Part shown: positions 9,059 through 19,476 of the stretch, piece after piece
Numbering within the stretch: position 1 is the first letter of the stretch
Layout: each line of letters opens with the position of its first letter
Sequence record: LR756501.1
Reading direction: 5' to 3' (one strand)
Length of the DNA stretch: 64,000 bases
Made by a program: the position numbers and the translations under genes
The notes under the pieces: model-generated
The model's database searches: none
Seen by the model: the letters and a program-made list of their open reading frames with translations, nothing else
Told to the model about the DNA's origin: nothing

Positions 9059-10434
9059 TAGAAGTAATAACCAGATCTGGTAAAAAACTAGTACCTCTAA
9101 AATTTGATTACAAAGAAGGGGTTAAAGACAAAGACGCTAAAAGTTACGCAGAAGACATCGGTAAGATGCCTTATATCGTTATGAACGGAGTTACGATTGA
9201 AAGTAAAGATATAACTTATTTCAAGTTACATAACGATAGATATTTACCTGAAATAGAAATGACTTTTTCTGATCCTACAAATAAAATATTCGATTCAAAA
9301 TACCCTTTAGATCAACAGAAGATAAGTTTATTGATAAAGGCGAATGAAACATTACTTATGCCAATAAGAATGGATTTTTGGATAACTGAATTTGGTTCAG
9401 CTAAAAGTAAAGGGGGAGAATCAGATAATAAAGTCTTCGATTTAGTGGCAAAATTAGATGTGCCTTTTATTATAAAAAATGCGAGTTATAAAGGAACAAG
9501 TTACGAAGTTCTAAAGAAAATAGCAGAGCAAACAGAAATGGGTTTTGCCTCAAATATAGAGAACGACACCAACGATAGTATGACTTGGATTAATTGTGGA
9601 ATAGATTACGTTAGAGAACAAATACCAGAGATTGTAAAACGTTCGTACATAAGTGATAACACCTTTTTATGGGCTTACGTTGATTTTTGGTACAATCTTA
9701 ATTACATTGATATTGAAAAACAATTGAGTTTAAGTACTAAAGATGCTAAAGGTTTACCTGGTAGTGAGAGATTAAGTGGTGAACAAAAAACTATACCTCT
9801 TATTTTATCTAATCACCCCAACTATAATCAAACAAATCAGTACATTGATAAATTCAATTTATTGAATAATTCTACTGATGTGAATTTTAATTTGGGTTAT
9901 AATCCTCATATTTACTATTATCAAGTGAAAGAAAAGAATCTACAAAATATTTTATTAGATACAATCTCTACTAAAGGAGATAAGAGTGATAAAATAGTTA
10001 TGAAAGGTCAACCAACTGATAATAATTACGGGTTAGATCAGCAGAAGAATTACTTTTTGGGTAAAAATGATACTGATAATTCTCATCCTAATTATTTATA
10101 CGCCGAACAATTAAATCTTCATAATATTGAGTTTTTACAAAAGATTAGAATGGTTATAGTTTTGGGCACTATTAATTTCGGATTATATAGATTTCAACCA
10201 GTTAATATTCAATTATATAAAACTAAAGAATTAGACGATAATCCGAATCCAGTAACAGTAGATGACGTTAAAACTTCTAAAGATGTTGATAAATATAAAT
10301 TGAATGAGAGGTTAAGTGGAGATTGGCTTATAATCGGAATAAATTATTCTTTTACTAATGGGGGAAGTTTATCACAGGAGATAACAGTTATTAGAAGAGA
10401 ACTAAGTGCAGCTAAAATAGCCAAAAATAGCTAA
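9055..10434 (+). CDS. Baseplate hub-like protein (gp27/late control D-like)
   Basis: Position and size in the baseplate module; SYEVLKKIAE..GFASN; C-terminal LSGDWLIIGINYSF..QEITVIRRE. Confidence 0.6.
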   Translation: MIEVITRSGKKLVPLKFDYKEGVKDKDAKSYAEDIGKMPYIVMNGVTIESKDITYFKLHNDRYLPEIEMTFSDPTNKIFDSKYPLDQQKISLLIKANETLLMPIRMDFWITEFGSAKSKGGESDNKVFDLVAKLDVPFIIKNASYKGTSYEVLKKIAEQTEMGFASNIENDTNDSMTWINCGIDYVREQIPEIVKRSYISDNTFLWAYVDFWYNLNYIDIEKQLSLSTKDAKGLPGSERLSGEQKTIPLILSNHPNYNQTNQYIDKFNLLNNSTDVNFNLGYNPHIYYYQVKEKNLQNILLDTISTKGDKSDKIVMKGQPTDNNYGLDQQKNYFLGKNDTDNSHPNYLYAEQLNLHNIEFLQKIRMVIVLGTINFGLYRFQPVNIQLYKTKELDDNPNPVTVDDVKTSKDVDKYKLNERLSGDWLIIGINYSFTNGGSLSQEITVIRRELSAAKIAKNS

Positions 10435-10451
10435 AAATTAAAAGATAATTA

Positions 10452-13400
10452 ATGGAAGATAGTAACTTAATGACCGTTAACAAATATGTGAAAGGTTACA
10501 ATAGTAACACAAGAGAAGTTATAGAACCAGGGTTTGTGGACGTGCAAACAACTGTCGACTACGACTCTGGTAATTTTAAATACGGTTCGGAATATATTGG
10601 TACTGATAATTATCAAGATCCATTATTTTTCTTTCAAGATCCTCTTTTAACCACCTTTGATATTATTTTAGATACTACGAATTCACCTCTTTTTATAAAT
10701 GGTGCTAATAGTTTAAATGGATTTTTAGAAGATTATAGTGAAATATATTCAATAAGAGCAAGACAAAAAGTACATCAAGAATTTAAAAGAATTATATACA
10801 ACCTATTCAACGCTGAATTTAAACCGATAGATAGAAATAAATCTTATTATATAAATAGTATTACAGGTCTAGATAAATTCACCGCTAGAATAGTTGACTT
10901 TGAAAAAGATAAAATAACTATTAACCTTAACGAAGACGTATCAATGATAGCTGGTTATCTAGCACAATTATATAATAACCTATCGTATTCTTATAGAGAT
11001 CAAAGACAAATGATACCCGCTAACTTATTGAGATTCAATATGTACGTAAAAGTGCATGATGTTAGAAATATGCCATTTTACATACCCACAACTGGTGAAA
11101 CAACTATAACTTCTTTTAATAAGTCTTATCAAATATATTTATTAAGGGATTGCACTTTTGATTTTAGAAAATCTAAGAATTTTGAAGATGTTATAACAGT
11201 TGGTGGATTTGACGCCGGTGCACCAACAAAACCTTCTACTATATCTATTGATGTTGTTTACAAATCGATTGAGGTAGAATCTGAATTTCCATTAATTATG
11301 GATAATTTCTCTAATCCTGAAAGCAGTGCGTTGAAAATGAACAATAAAGATAAAGATATTCTTGCTTATATTGATGGGTTGAATACTGTTTTCACAAATA
11401 ACGCTAAATTGCCAGAAGATTTTGAAGCTCAAGTCGCTTCTGACGGTGAAATAAATAACGATGGAACATCACCATTATCAATAAATGCCACTAAAGAAGA
11501 TAAGGACAAAGCAGCTAAAGACAATTATAAAGGCGGCGTGGTATCATCCGATATTGGTACAAGTAAGACAAGAGAAAAAGATATAAAAGGTTTTGATAGA
11601 GGATGGGAACCAGCGGTTAAAAATAGCGATGTTACATCTGATACTAGTGTTACAACTAACGCTGATGTATATATGGCACACGCTTCTGATCTTGATAATA
11701 CAAGAGGTTGGCAACCAGAAGTTCAAGGTGGTGATGTAACAACAGATACATCAGTAACTACATTTGCTGACGTGCAATTTGCACACGCTTCTGATTTAGA
11801 TGGTACAAGAGGTTGGACACCTGAAATTATTAGTAGTGATATAAACTCAGATACATCTGTAACAACATTTGCTGACGTACAATTTGCACACTCTTCTGAT
11901 TTAGAAAGTGTACCTTATATGTTTGATCCGTCAGTTTTTGATAGTGATTGGAATTACGGTTTTGGTTACGCTGGACCCGAGATGGATTCTATAAGAGTTA
12001 GTGTAATGTCCCAATTGAATTTCAGTTTGGCTGGATTTTTATTCAGTTTACCTTTCAGAATAATAGGTATGTTTTTTGGTGGTTATCATGGAATGCAGGA
12101 GATGTATATTGATACATACGCACCAAATATTCCAGCTATGCCAGATATAAATGTAAATAAAACACCTCATACTAAAGATCCTTTAACTGGTAGTATAGAT
12201 ACTAATGTAAAACCACAAGTACCTTTAACAGGTTCAATAGATACAAATGTAAAACCACAAGTACCTTTAACAGGTTCAATAGACACAACATTTAAACCAC
12301 AAGTACCTTTAACTGGCACAATAGATACAACATTTGATACCAAAGAACCTTTAGCAGGAACAATTAATACTTCATTTGATCCTAAAAAACCATTATCTGG
12401 TTCAATTAATACAGCTTATAAACCTAAACCATTATTATTCGGTTATATAGACACCACAGCCACACCACACCCACCAGTTAGTGGAACAATAGATACTTCA
12501 TTTACTCCACACCCACCAGTTAGTGGTGTTATAGATACTTCATTTAAAGTTCAACCACCTATTAGCGGAACAATTGATACATCATTTAAACCTCATCAAC
12601 CAGTTAATGGAACAATAGACACGTCTTTTAAACCTCATCCACCAGTTAGTGGTGTTATAGATACTTCATTTACTCCACACCCACCAGTTAGTGGAACAAT
12701 AGACACGTCATTTACTCCACACCCACCAGTTAGTGGTGTTATAGATACAACATCTAAAATAAGAGGAGAGATTATACTTGGATCTTTATATAAGAATAAT
12801 TACAAAGAAAGAAATATTGATTTAGGATTATTGTATCTTGGTGTAACACACGAAAATATATTACCTATAACTTATCTTTACGCTAAATCAGAGAAATTTA
12901 ATAGTTTAGCAAATTATTACGTGTTTAATAACGCTGTAAGTGAGAATAAAAAACTTAATAATCTATCAGTTGATCAGACTGTTAGAACTCTTACTCCATT
13001 TGAATTAATATACGAGTACAATAATAACATAGATGTTAATAAGACACTGAATAATATTACTTTATATAACAACGAAATTAATAAAGTTAATAACATGGTA
13101 GCGTTGAATGTTATAGGTAGTGTGAGAACAAAACCTGATTTTACAGAAGTAAAATTGTATAACAATACTAATTTTGAAAAGACTTTGGCTTTAAGATATT
13201 TGTATGATAAAGTTGAAGATAATAAGGTTTTTAGTAAAGAGTATTTATACGAGAAAGTAATTAATGATAAAAAATTAGATGGACAATCTATATCATTAGA
13301 AGTTGATAATTTAGATCCTGTTGTGATTAATTTGGGTAATATAGTAACAACTAAGCCAGTTGAAAGAGGAAGTGTAGAACTAGGATTACTTTACGAACCA

Positions 13401-14096
13401 AGCAAGGTTAAGAAAATTTTAGAACCATCTATATTATTTGAACCAAAAACTAAAAAAACATTGGATCTTGGTAGAATAAGTGATAATTTCGTTGAGAAGA
13501 ATTTCAACAATCTTACTGAAACTGAAAGTAAAAAACCATTTGGTATGATCGCAGAATATGATGATAAACCAATAAATTTAGTGAATAAATTAGAAGAATC
13601 CAGAAAAGATTTCGAACAATCTAAACTAGAAAAACAATTTGCACCAGACGCTAAAAACTTGCTTGGTCAATATATAAGTGAGAACGAAATAAAAGATAAA
13701 AAATCACTAGATGGTAATACTATATCATCCGAAGAACATAAAGAAAGGATGAGATTAAATAATGAACAAATAGAGAACGAAACAAAAGATAAAAAATCAC
13801 TAGATGGTGATACTATATCATTCGAAGAACATAAAAAAGGTACTCTTGAGACCGAAAATAAAAAACTTGGTTCAATTGCAGAATACGATGGTAAATCTAT
13901 AAATGTTAAGGAATCTAGAAAAGATTTCGAACAATCTAAAATAGAACAAATCATAATTGAAGATAAACCCATAGTTAAGCAATATATAAGTGAAGACGAA
14001 ATAAAAGATAAAAAATCACTAGATGGCGATACTATCTTCACGACAGAAGAATATAAAAAAGAAAAACCAGGATTAGACAATGAAAGACTTAGATAA
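10452..14096 (+). CDS. Large repeat-rich putative virion structural protein (1214 aa)
   Basis: Long ORF inside the baseplate module, with a globular N-terminal domain and three classes of internal repeat. Confidence 0.75.
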   Translation: MEDSNLMTVNKYVKGYNSNTREVIEPGFVDVQTTVDYDSGNFKYGSEYIGTDNYQDPLFFFQDPLLTTFDIILDTTNSPLFINGANSLNGFLEDYSEIYSIRARQKVHQEFKRIIYNLFNAEFKPIDRNKSYYINSITGLDKFTARIVDFEKDKITINLNEDVSMIAGYLAQLYNNLSYSYRDQRQMIPANLLRFNMYVKVHDVRNMPFYIPTTGETTITSFNKSYQIYLLRDCTFDFRKSKNFEDVITVGGFDAGAPTKPSTISIDVVYKSIEVESEFPLIMDNFSNPESSALKMNNKDKDILAYIDGLNTVFTNNAKLPEDFEAQVASDGEINNDGTSPLSINATKEDKDKAAKDNYKGGVVSSDIGTSKTREKDIKGFDRGWEPAVKNSDVTSDTSVTTNADVYMAHASDLDNTRGWQPEVQGGDVTTDTSVTTFADVQFAHASDLDGTRGWTPEIISSDINSDTSVTTFADVQFAHSSDLESVPYMFDPSVFDSDWNYGFGYAGPEMDSIRVSVMSQLNFSLAGFLFSLPFRIIGMFFGGYHGMQEMYIDTYAPNIPAMPDINVNKTPHTKDPLTGSIDTNVKPQVPLTGSIDTNVKPQVPLTGSIDTTFKPQVPLTGTIDTTFDTKEPLAGTINTSFDPKKPLSGSINTAYKPKPLLFGYIDTTATPHPPVSGTIDTSFTPHPPVSGVIDTSFKVQPPISGTIDTSFKPHQPVNGTIDTSFKPHPPVSGVIDTSFTPHPPVSGTIDTSFTPHPPVSGVIDTTSKIRGEIILGSLYKNNYKERNIDLGLLYLGVTHENILPITYLYAKSEKFNSLANYYVFNNAVSENKKLNNLSVDQTVRTLTPFELIYEYNNNIDVNKTLNNITLYNNEINKVNNMVALNVIGSVRTKPDFTEVKLYNNTNFEKTLALRYLYDKVEDNKVFSKEYLYEKVINDKKLDGQSISLEVDNLDPVVINLGNIVTTKPVERGSVELGLLYEPSKVKKILEPSILFEPKTKKTLDLGRISDNFVEKNFNNLTETESKKPFGMIAEYDDKPINLVNKLEESRKDFEQSKLEKQFAPDAKNLLGQYISENEIKDKKSLDGNTISSEEHKERMRLNNEQIENETKDKKSLDGDTISFEEHKKGTLETENKKLGSIAEYDGKSINVKESRKDFEQSKIEQIIIEDKPIVKQYISEDEIKDKKSLDGDTIFTTEEYKKEKPGLDNERLR
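11598..11912 (+). repeat. Coding tandem repeat, 3 x 105 nt (35 aa: RGWxP.V..SDVTxDTSVTTxADVxxAHxSDL)
   Basis: RGW codons at 11598, 11703 and 11808. Confidence 0.9.
12180..12767 (+). repeat. Coding tandem repeat, 14 x 42 nt (14 aa: P[LV]xGxIDTxFxPxP)
   Basis: Units PLTGSIDTNVKPQV grading into PVSGTIDTSFTPHP, counted directly. Confidence 0.92.
13540..14060 (+). repeat. Dispersed charged coding repeats (KDKKSLDGxTI x3; IAEYD..ESRKDFEQSK x2)
   Basis: AAAGATAAAAAATCACTAGATGG occurs three times. Boundaries approximate. Confidence 0.75.
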
Positions 14097-15024
14097 GCTA
14101 TGGGTAGGATTAGTTGAAGATAATAAAGATCCAGATAGATTAGGTAGAATTAAAGTAAGAGTTCAAAGTGTATATGATGATATTCCTGTCGAAGATATAC
14201 CTTGGGCAAATCCTATAAAACAATTAAGTGCTAGATCATACGAAATGCCAGCTATTGGTAAAATAGTATCTGTTTTCTTTCCTAACGATAATATATACGA
14301 GCCTTACTATATGTACGCGGACCATTATAACGTCAATTTGAAAAAGAAACTATCTGATCTATCTGATGGTGAATACGTCAATTTCTTCGCTGTTGTTTTT
14401 GATCATAGAACAAAAGTGTATTCAGATGATACTGAATTAACTATGGATTATTTATATAATAAAATAACTATTACAAACGACGATATTAATTTAGAATTAA
14501 AGGATAACAGTAGAAAAGTAAATATAGGTTGCCAAACTGCTAGTCAACAAGCTGTGTTAGGTAATCATTGGTTTGATTGGATGGATAAGTTTGTAGAGGC
14601 ATTAGTAAAACCATCGTCTTTAATTGGTAATTCTGGTGCTCCAGTATTAAAACCAGAGATTGATCAATTATTAGTAGAATACAGAACTCTTCGTGAGACT
14701 TTTGTTTCAGATCACGTTTATATTGTAGATGATAATAAGGTTGATAAATTAGAAATGAAGTATAATTCACCATTTATGGACGACGGTGTTAAAATAAATT
14801 CCACAAATGTAACAGATATTAAAAATGTAACAGATGGTGCCCCACAATCTTTATCAGATAAGATAAAAGATCAAAAAAACAAAGAATTAGAAACTCTTAA
14901 AAACGCTGTTCCTAGTGACGCCACGAAAGAAGATAGAATGGTAGATTTACCAGAAGACGACGGTCCAGTACCTGACCCAAGTAAAGTTGGTGAAATAACA
15001 GTTTACTTTGAAATAAAATCTTAA
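14080..15024 (+). CDS. Baseplate central spike gp5/VgrG-like OB-fold protein
   Basis: WVGLVEDNKDPDRLGRIKVRV..IPWANP..MPAIGKIVSVFF; later QQAVLG..W..FVEAL. Confidence 0.85.
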   Translation: MKDLDKLWVGLVEDNKDPDRLGRIKVRVQSVYDDIPVEDIPWANPIKQLSARSYEMPAIGKIVSVFFPNDNIYEPYYMYADHYNVNLKKKLSDLSDGEYVNFFAVVFDHRTKVYSDDTELTMDYLYNKITITNDDINLELKDNSRKVNIGCQTASQQAVLGNHWFDWMDKFVEALVKPSSLIGNSGAPVLKPEIDQLLVEYRTLRETFVSDHVYIVDDNKVDKLEMKYNSPFMDDGVKINSTNVTDIKNVTDGAPQSLSDKIKDQKNKELETLKNAVPSDATKEDRMVDLPEDDGPVPDPSKVGEITVYFEIKS

Positions 15025-15025
15025 T

Positions 15026-15901
15026 ATGCCAGATAAAGTAGAGATAACACAAAAAAGATACGACGAAATAAAAAATCAAGATTTGCAAGACAATAATCTT
15101 GATGTGTACGAAACAGTTGATAATCAACAGGACGCTGATGATATTATATCTTCTATGGATAATTATGTTGACGAAGATATGATGATGGAGCAGGACACGG
15201 ATCAATTGGCTTACGGTTACGACCCGAATGCTAATTATGTTTATACTGCACCAGATAACGGTTTATATGTTGATAAAAACGCACCAGTCGCTAGTAGTAC
15301 TACAAATGGTAAACCTTATACTGGTTCTGGCGTTAGTGTTGGTTGTAAAGATATAGTTAATAATTTCAGTAGAAGTTTGAAAATATCAAAACATTTTACT
15401 CTTAGTGATGTCGCTGTATATTTTAATAGATTAGAGGATAAAACTGTAAGTGTTAAGAGAAATGGTAAAAGAGAGTCAGTATATTTCACTAAATATCAAT
15501 TAGCTTGTAACTTAAAAGCTTTAGCTGTTAATGTGTTGGATAAAATTAAAGATCAATATCCTGATATGTCTATTAATAGTTCTATTAGAAATTTGGGAAC
15601 TGGATCAGAACACGAAACAGGTCAAGCCGCGGATTTAAAATTTCCAAAACATAAAAAGAAAGATTATTATTTAATAGCAAATTGGATAATGCAGAATTGT
15701 CCTTATAATCAATTATTTTTAGAATATAGACCTTCAGAAAATCCAAGAGGTGGATGGATTCACGTGTCTTACGCAGATCCAAAAAATCTAATATTTGGAG
15801 CTTCCAAAGCAGTATCTTCACTATATAATGATAAATCAGATGCACCAGGTACAAGAGGTGGACTATCAAATATAATGTCTAATGGTGATTGGTACGGTTA
15901 A
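15026..15901 (+). CDS. Peptidase M15-family cell-wall hydrolase with acidic N-terminal region
   Basis: ISKHFTL, SSIRN..SEHETGQAADL, YNQLFLEY, WIHVSY (Zn ligands H, D, H). Confidence 0.85.
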   Translation: MPDKVEITQKRYDEIKNQDLQDNNLDVYETVDNQQDADDIISSMDNYVDEDMMMEQDTDQLAYGYDPNANYVYTAPDNGLYVDKNAPVASSTTNGKPYTGSGVSVGCKDIVNNFSRSLKISKHFTLSDVAVYFNRLEDKTVSVKRNGKRESVYFTKYQLACNLKALAVNVLDKIKDQYPDMSINSSIRNLGTGSEHETGQAADLKFPKHKKKDYYLIANWIMQNCPYNQLFLEYRPSENPRGGWIHVSYADPKNLIFGASKAVSSLYNDKSDAPGTRGGLSNIMSNGDWYG

Positions 15902-15932
15902 TATTTAAAATTTCTTTTTAATATATAGTTAC

Positions 15933-16721
15933 ATGAGTTTTGTTAAAACATACGAAGAATGGAAATTTGGGGACGCTAATAACGAAGATTTACCAGCAGA
16001 AAACGTTGATAAATTCGCTAGACATAATCCAATTAAAGTACATCCAGAAGCAGAAAAGACGCTTATCTTTACACCCGAAGACGAAGAAGGCTATCCATAT
16101 AAAATAGACGAGAGAACACACGGTCTTGAAAGTCATGCTATTAAACACTTATACGAATTCAAACCAAAAATATTTTCAGATTATATAGAAAAATCTAGAG
16201 ACATTTTAATGCCTTATATAGATGAGCAAATGAAGATATTAGATAATAGAGGATATATAATTGACGATGTTACTGAATACGAGGATATAGAAGAAATGAA
16301 CCCTTATTATATAATAAACGCTTTAGACTTTATTAATGATAAAACATATAACAACGAAGAACTTACAGAAGTAGAAGAAAAACTTATAAAATTAGTTATA
16401 TCACCAATCACAGACGAATACTGGAGATTAATAAACTTCATATTTAAAAACGCTATTAGAGTTCAAGATTATAGAAAAGACATGGGTAATAAACCAGTGT
16501 ATTATCCTGTATCATGGAAGGCTGGTAATCAGATGCTTAACTATTACGATCCAAATACAAAGGGGTTAATGGGAATAACAACAGATAAGTTGAGAGTAAA
16601 CACGTTGTTTAAGATTACCAATAATACTATCTACGAGTATTATAAGAATTTAAAAGAAGGAAGTAAGAAGCCTACACCAAACTCCGAAATTTTAGGTTTT
16701 CTCAGAACATACGGTAAATAA
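15933..16721 (+). CDS. Hypothetical protein with N-terminal KTYEEW tag
   Basis: 262 aa ORF directly after TAATATATA. Confidence 0.7.
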   Translation: MSFVKTYEEWKFGDANNEDLPAENVDKFARHNPIKVHPEAEKTLIFTPEDEEGYPYKIDERTHGLESHAIKHLYEFKPKIFSDYIEKSRDILMPYIDEQMKILDNRGYIIDDVTEYEDIEEMNPYYIINALDFINDKTYNNEELTEVEEKLIKLVISPITDEYWRLINFIFKNAIRVQDYRKDMGNKPVYYPVSWKAGNQMLNYYDPNTKGLMGITTDKLRVNTLFKITNNTIYEYYKNLKEGSKKPTPNSEILGFLRTYGK

Positions 16722-16771
16722 ATAAACCTTTCACTATTTTTTTGATAAAATATAAAAAATAATGAACTGTT

Positions 16772-17719
16772 ATGTCTGTTAAAAACCAATTATTTTGGAG
16801 AAAATATCGTCCAAAAACCTTAAATAATTTAGTCTTATTACCTAGAATTAGAAAAGTAATAGAAAACGGAATACAACAAGACCTCATCCTACACGGACAC
16901 CCAGGTACTGGTAAATCCACTTTAGCTGAAATCTTACTTAAAGATAAGCATTTTATAAAAATTAATGCTTCTATGGAAAACGGTATTGATACTCTTAGGG
17001 ATAAAATATTAGATTTCTGTGAAACAATGCCTAGTCCTTTTGTTAAATCAACAGATAAAATGAAATACGTTTATCTTGAAGAATTTGATAAAGTAACAAA
17101 TAACTTCCAAGATGGGTTTAAAGCCTTTGTGGAAAATTACGATGAAAGAGTTAGATTTATTATATCTATGAATGATATAACTAACGTCATACCTGCTTTA
17201 ATATCAAGGTTTACAAGAATATCTTTTAATCCATCCAACGATGAAGAGAAGAATTATTTATTAAGTAATTACCACAAGTACTTATTAAGTGTGTCTAAAC
17301 ATTCTAAAATGGATGTAGATGATACCGTATTAAAGAGAATCATAAGTTCAAATTTCCCAGATCTCAGGGCGTCAGTTCAACAGTTACAAACAATGCAAAT
17401 AACTGGTAGTGAAGACGAAATGGCTAGCGGTGATTATAGTGACGTTATTGGTTACATGATGAATGGTGATAATAATTTCTCTGATAACTTCTATTTTGTA
17501 ATGGACAATTGGGTTAATCAACCAAAAGATTTACTTGATATTCTTGGAAGACCATTCTATTATCATCTACTTAGAAATCATCAAAGTATAATAGATGAAA
17601 AAGGGTTTATGTTATTAGAATTAACAAAGAAATATAACGCTGAATTTGAGATGACTACTGATCCACCTCTTCACGTGTTTTCACTTATTTGTGATATGAA
17701 AGCAATCTTAAACGGATGA
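16772..17719 (+). CDS. Sliding-clamp loader AAA+ subunit (T4 gp44/RFC-like)
   Basis: WRKYRPKTL, Walker A GHPGTGKST, INASMENGIDTLR, LEEFD, PALISRF, FPDLR. Confidence 0.92.
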   Translation: MSVKNQLFWRKYRPKTLNNLVLLPRIRKVIENGIQQDLILHGHPGTGKSTLAEILLKDKHFIKINASMENGIDTLRDKILDFCETMPSPFVKSTDKMKYVYLEEFDKVTNNFQDGFKAFVENYDERVRFIISMNDITNVIPALISRFTRISFNPSNDEEKNYLLSNYHKYLLSVSKHSKMDVDDTVLKRIISSNFPDLRASVQQLQTMQITGSEDEMASGDYSDVIGYMMNGDNNFSDNFYFVMDNWVNQPKDLLDILGRPFYYHLLRNHQSIIDEKGFMLLELTKKYNAEFEMTTDPPLHVFSLICDMKAILNG

Positions 17720-18012
17720 AAGAAGTATATTATAAAATGGGGGAATTCTCTGTTGACGTAATGCCAGACGCAACCCCAATAGAACATTTATTAAAACTAA
17801 AACACGAAGCCCAAGAGGCGATCGATGAACCAGGTGATATAGTCGAGTACGCTGATTGTTTATTGGCTCTTTACGCAGCAGCCTACAAATCGGGATTTAC
17901 TTACGAAGAACTAAGAAGAGCAGGTGAGGAGAAGATAGAAGTTTTAAAGACACGAAAGTGGAAAAGAATAGAAGACGGTACTTATCAACACATAAAAAAA
18001 GAGGACTTATAG
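17716..18012 (+). CDS. DUF550-like dATP/dGTP pyrophosphohydrolase (MazG-like)
   Basis: HLLKLKHEAQEAIDEPGDIVEYADCLL..KIEVLKTRKW. Ends in TAG. Confidence 0.7.
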   Translation: MKEVYYKMGEFSVDVMPDATPIEHLLKLKHEAQEAIDEPGDIVEYADCLLALYAAAYKSGFTYEELRRAGEEKIEVLKTRKWKRIEDGTYQHIKKEDL

Positions 18013-18021
18013 TCCTCTTTT

Positions 18022-18312
18022 TTATTTAGATTTCCACAAAACAAAACCAACTTTAGCTGTTACACCGTAACTAAATTTATCACTAGCGTAAGCAACCTTT
18101 GGCTCTATTTTAAATTTCCATCTTTGATAAGACATACCAAATTCAAGATTATAAGTTGGAACTAATGGATATGCTATGATATTAGTACCTAAAGCCATTC
18201 CAATTTCATACTTTACTTTTGGTTTTGGTTTTACAATTGAGTCATTTTTTGTTTCGGCAAATAAAGGAAACAACATTAATATAAAAAGAATTGTGAATAA
18301 TAGTTTTTTCAT
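18022..18312 (-). CDS. Secreted or outer-membrane hypothetical protein
   Basis: Start moved to MKKLLFTILF (signal peptide), downstream of TAATATATA. Confidence 0.6.
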   Translation of the reverse strand: MKKLLFTILFILMLFPLFAETKNDSIVKPKPKVKYEIGMALGTNIIAYPLVPTYNLEFGMSYQRWKFKIEPKVAYASDKFSYGVTAKVGFVLWKSK

Positions 18313-18413
18313 AAAGTTTTTACTTTTATATATTATAACCAAACTCAAAAGTCCCCTTATTTAGACTGATTTAACTATTTGTTAATTTATAGTTAGCAAT
18401 CATTTAGCATAAA

Positions 18414-18443
18414 AAAAGCCTTGTAACTGAATACAAGGCTTTT
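18414..18443. terminator. Rho-independent terminator
   Basis: AAAAGCCTTGTA-ACTGAA-TACAAGGCTTTT. Confidence 0.8.
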
Positions 18444-18460
18444 AATAATTTTAGATGTGA

Positions 18461-18907
18461 TTAGAAATTTATAGCAATTCCAATATTTTGTTTAGATGGA
18501 GTCAAAGTAATGTTTTTACTTCGATTCACTAAAACTGCTGCTTTACCGAAATTAACACCAGCTAAGATGAATTCAATTCCACCTAGTACACAACAGGTAA
18601 CACCTGTATAAAATCTCCAAGTATTTGGATAATTAACATATGGGCTTGGTTGATAGGCTAAAAATAAAGCTCCAGTACCACCCAATAAGAATCCCCAAGC
18701 TAAATCCAGACCACCTTGTTTTCTGAGTTTGTGAGCTTGTTCGTTTAAATCGTAATAACTCTGAGAATGTTGCTGTTGTTGAGGTGGAGTACTTTTCAAG
18801 TCAAGATTCTCAGTTGGTTGTGTAGGTTTAATAGGATCGTTAACACCTTGTGTAAATCCTATTAAACTCGTTAAAAATAATGCGATGATCAATAATAACT
18901 TTTTCAT
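18461..18907 (-). CDS. Signal-peptide-bearing membrane protein
   Basis: MKKLLLIIALF signal peptide and two further hydrophobic segments. Confidence 0.7.
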   Translation of the reverse strand: MKKLLLIIALFLTSLIGFTQGVNDPIKPTQPTENLDLKSTPPQQQQHSQSYYDLNEQAHKLRKQGGLDLAWGFLLGGTGALFLAYQPSPYVNYPNTWRFYTGVTCCVLGGIEFILAGVNFGKAAVLVNRSKNITLTPSKQNIGIAINF

Positions 18908-18923
18908 AGTTTTTTTAATTTTT

Positions 18924-19388
18924 TTATTCGTGTAGAATCATAAGACCCCAATGGCAACCAGTCCAACCTGGAGCAAACTTATAACATTTAACAATAAATT
19001 TGTACCATCCAGATGATGTTGGTTGAAAATCAACAATTGCAGTAGATTCAGTTTTAGTGTCCTTAATTACAAGTTGATAAGTACCATCAGACATTCTTTT
19101 CCATACTTCAATATCCATATCTTCAGCTTTACCACTTTCACCAATAAGATAAGCTCTATAAGTATATCCATAAGTTAATACCCTAAAGCACTCTTTTGGT
19201 TCTGATTTAATAATATCAAATTCAAGATGAACTATCTCATATCCCTTAGTGGTTTCAACTAAATCAATAGCTTCCCACATTGTTTTAACGATAGGTTTCA
19301 TACTCTTGGAATCATACTCATTAAACCCCTGTGAATAAGAGACTAAAGACGCGAATAAGATTGCAATAACACATAATAATTTTTTCAT
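18924..19388 (-). CDS. Secreted hypothetical protein
   Basis: Start moved to MKKLLCVIAILF signal peptide. Confidence 0.7.
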   Translation of the reverse strand: MKKLLCVIAILFASLVSYSQGFNEYDSKSMKPIVKTMWEAIDLVETTKGYEIVHLEFDIIKSEPKECFRVLTYGYTYRAYLIGESGKAEDMDIEVWKRMSDGTYQLVIKDTKTESTAIVDFQPTSSGWYKFIVKCYKFAPGWTGCHWGLMILHE

Positions 19389-19447
19389 AAGCGTTTTTCT
19401 TTTCTTTTTTATATGTTGCAAAAATAATTTTGTTTATTTTTTAGCAT

Positions 19448-19476
19448 AAAAAAAGGGGTTAAACAACCCCTCTTTT
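19448..19476. terminator. Rho-independent terminator
   Basis: A-run, GGGGTT-AAAC-AACCCC, T-run. Confidence 0.75.

Noticed and set aside
12180-12767. CRISPR array
   Set aside because: Repeats are contiguous 42-nt in-frame coding units with third-position variation and no spacers.
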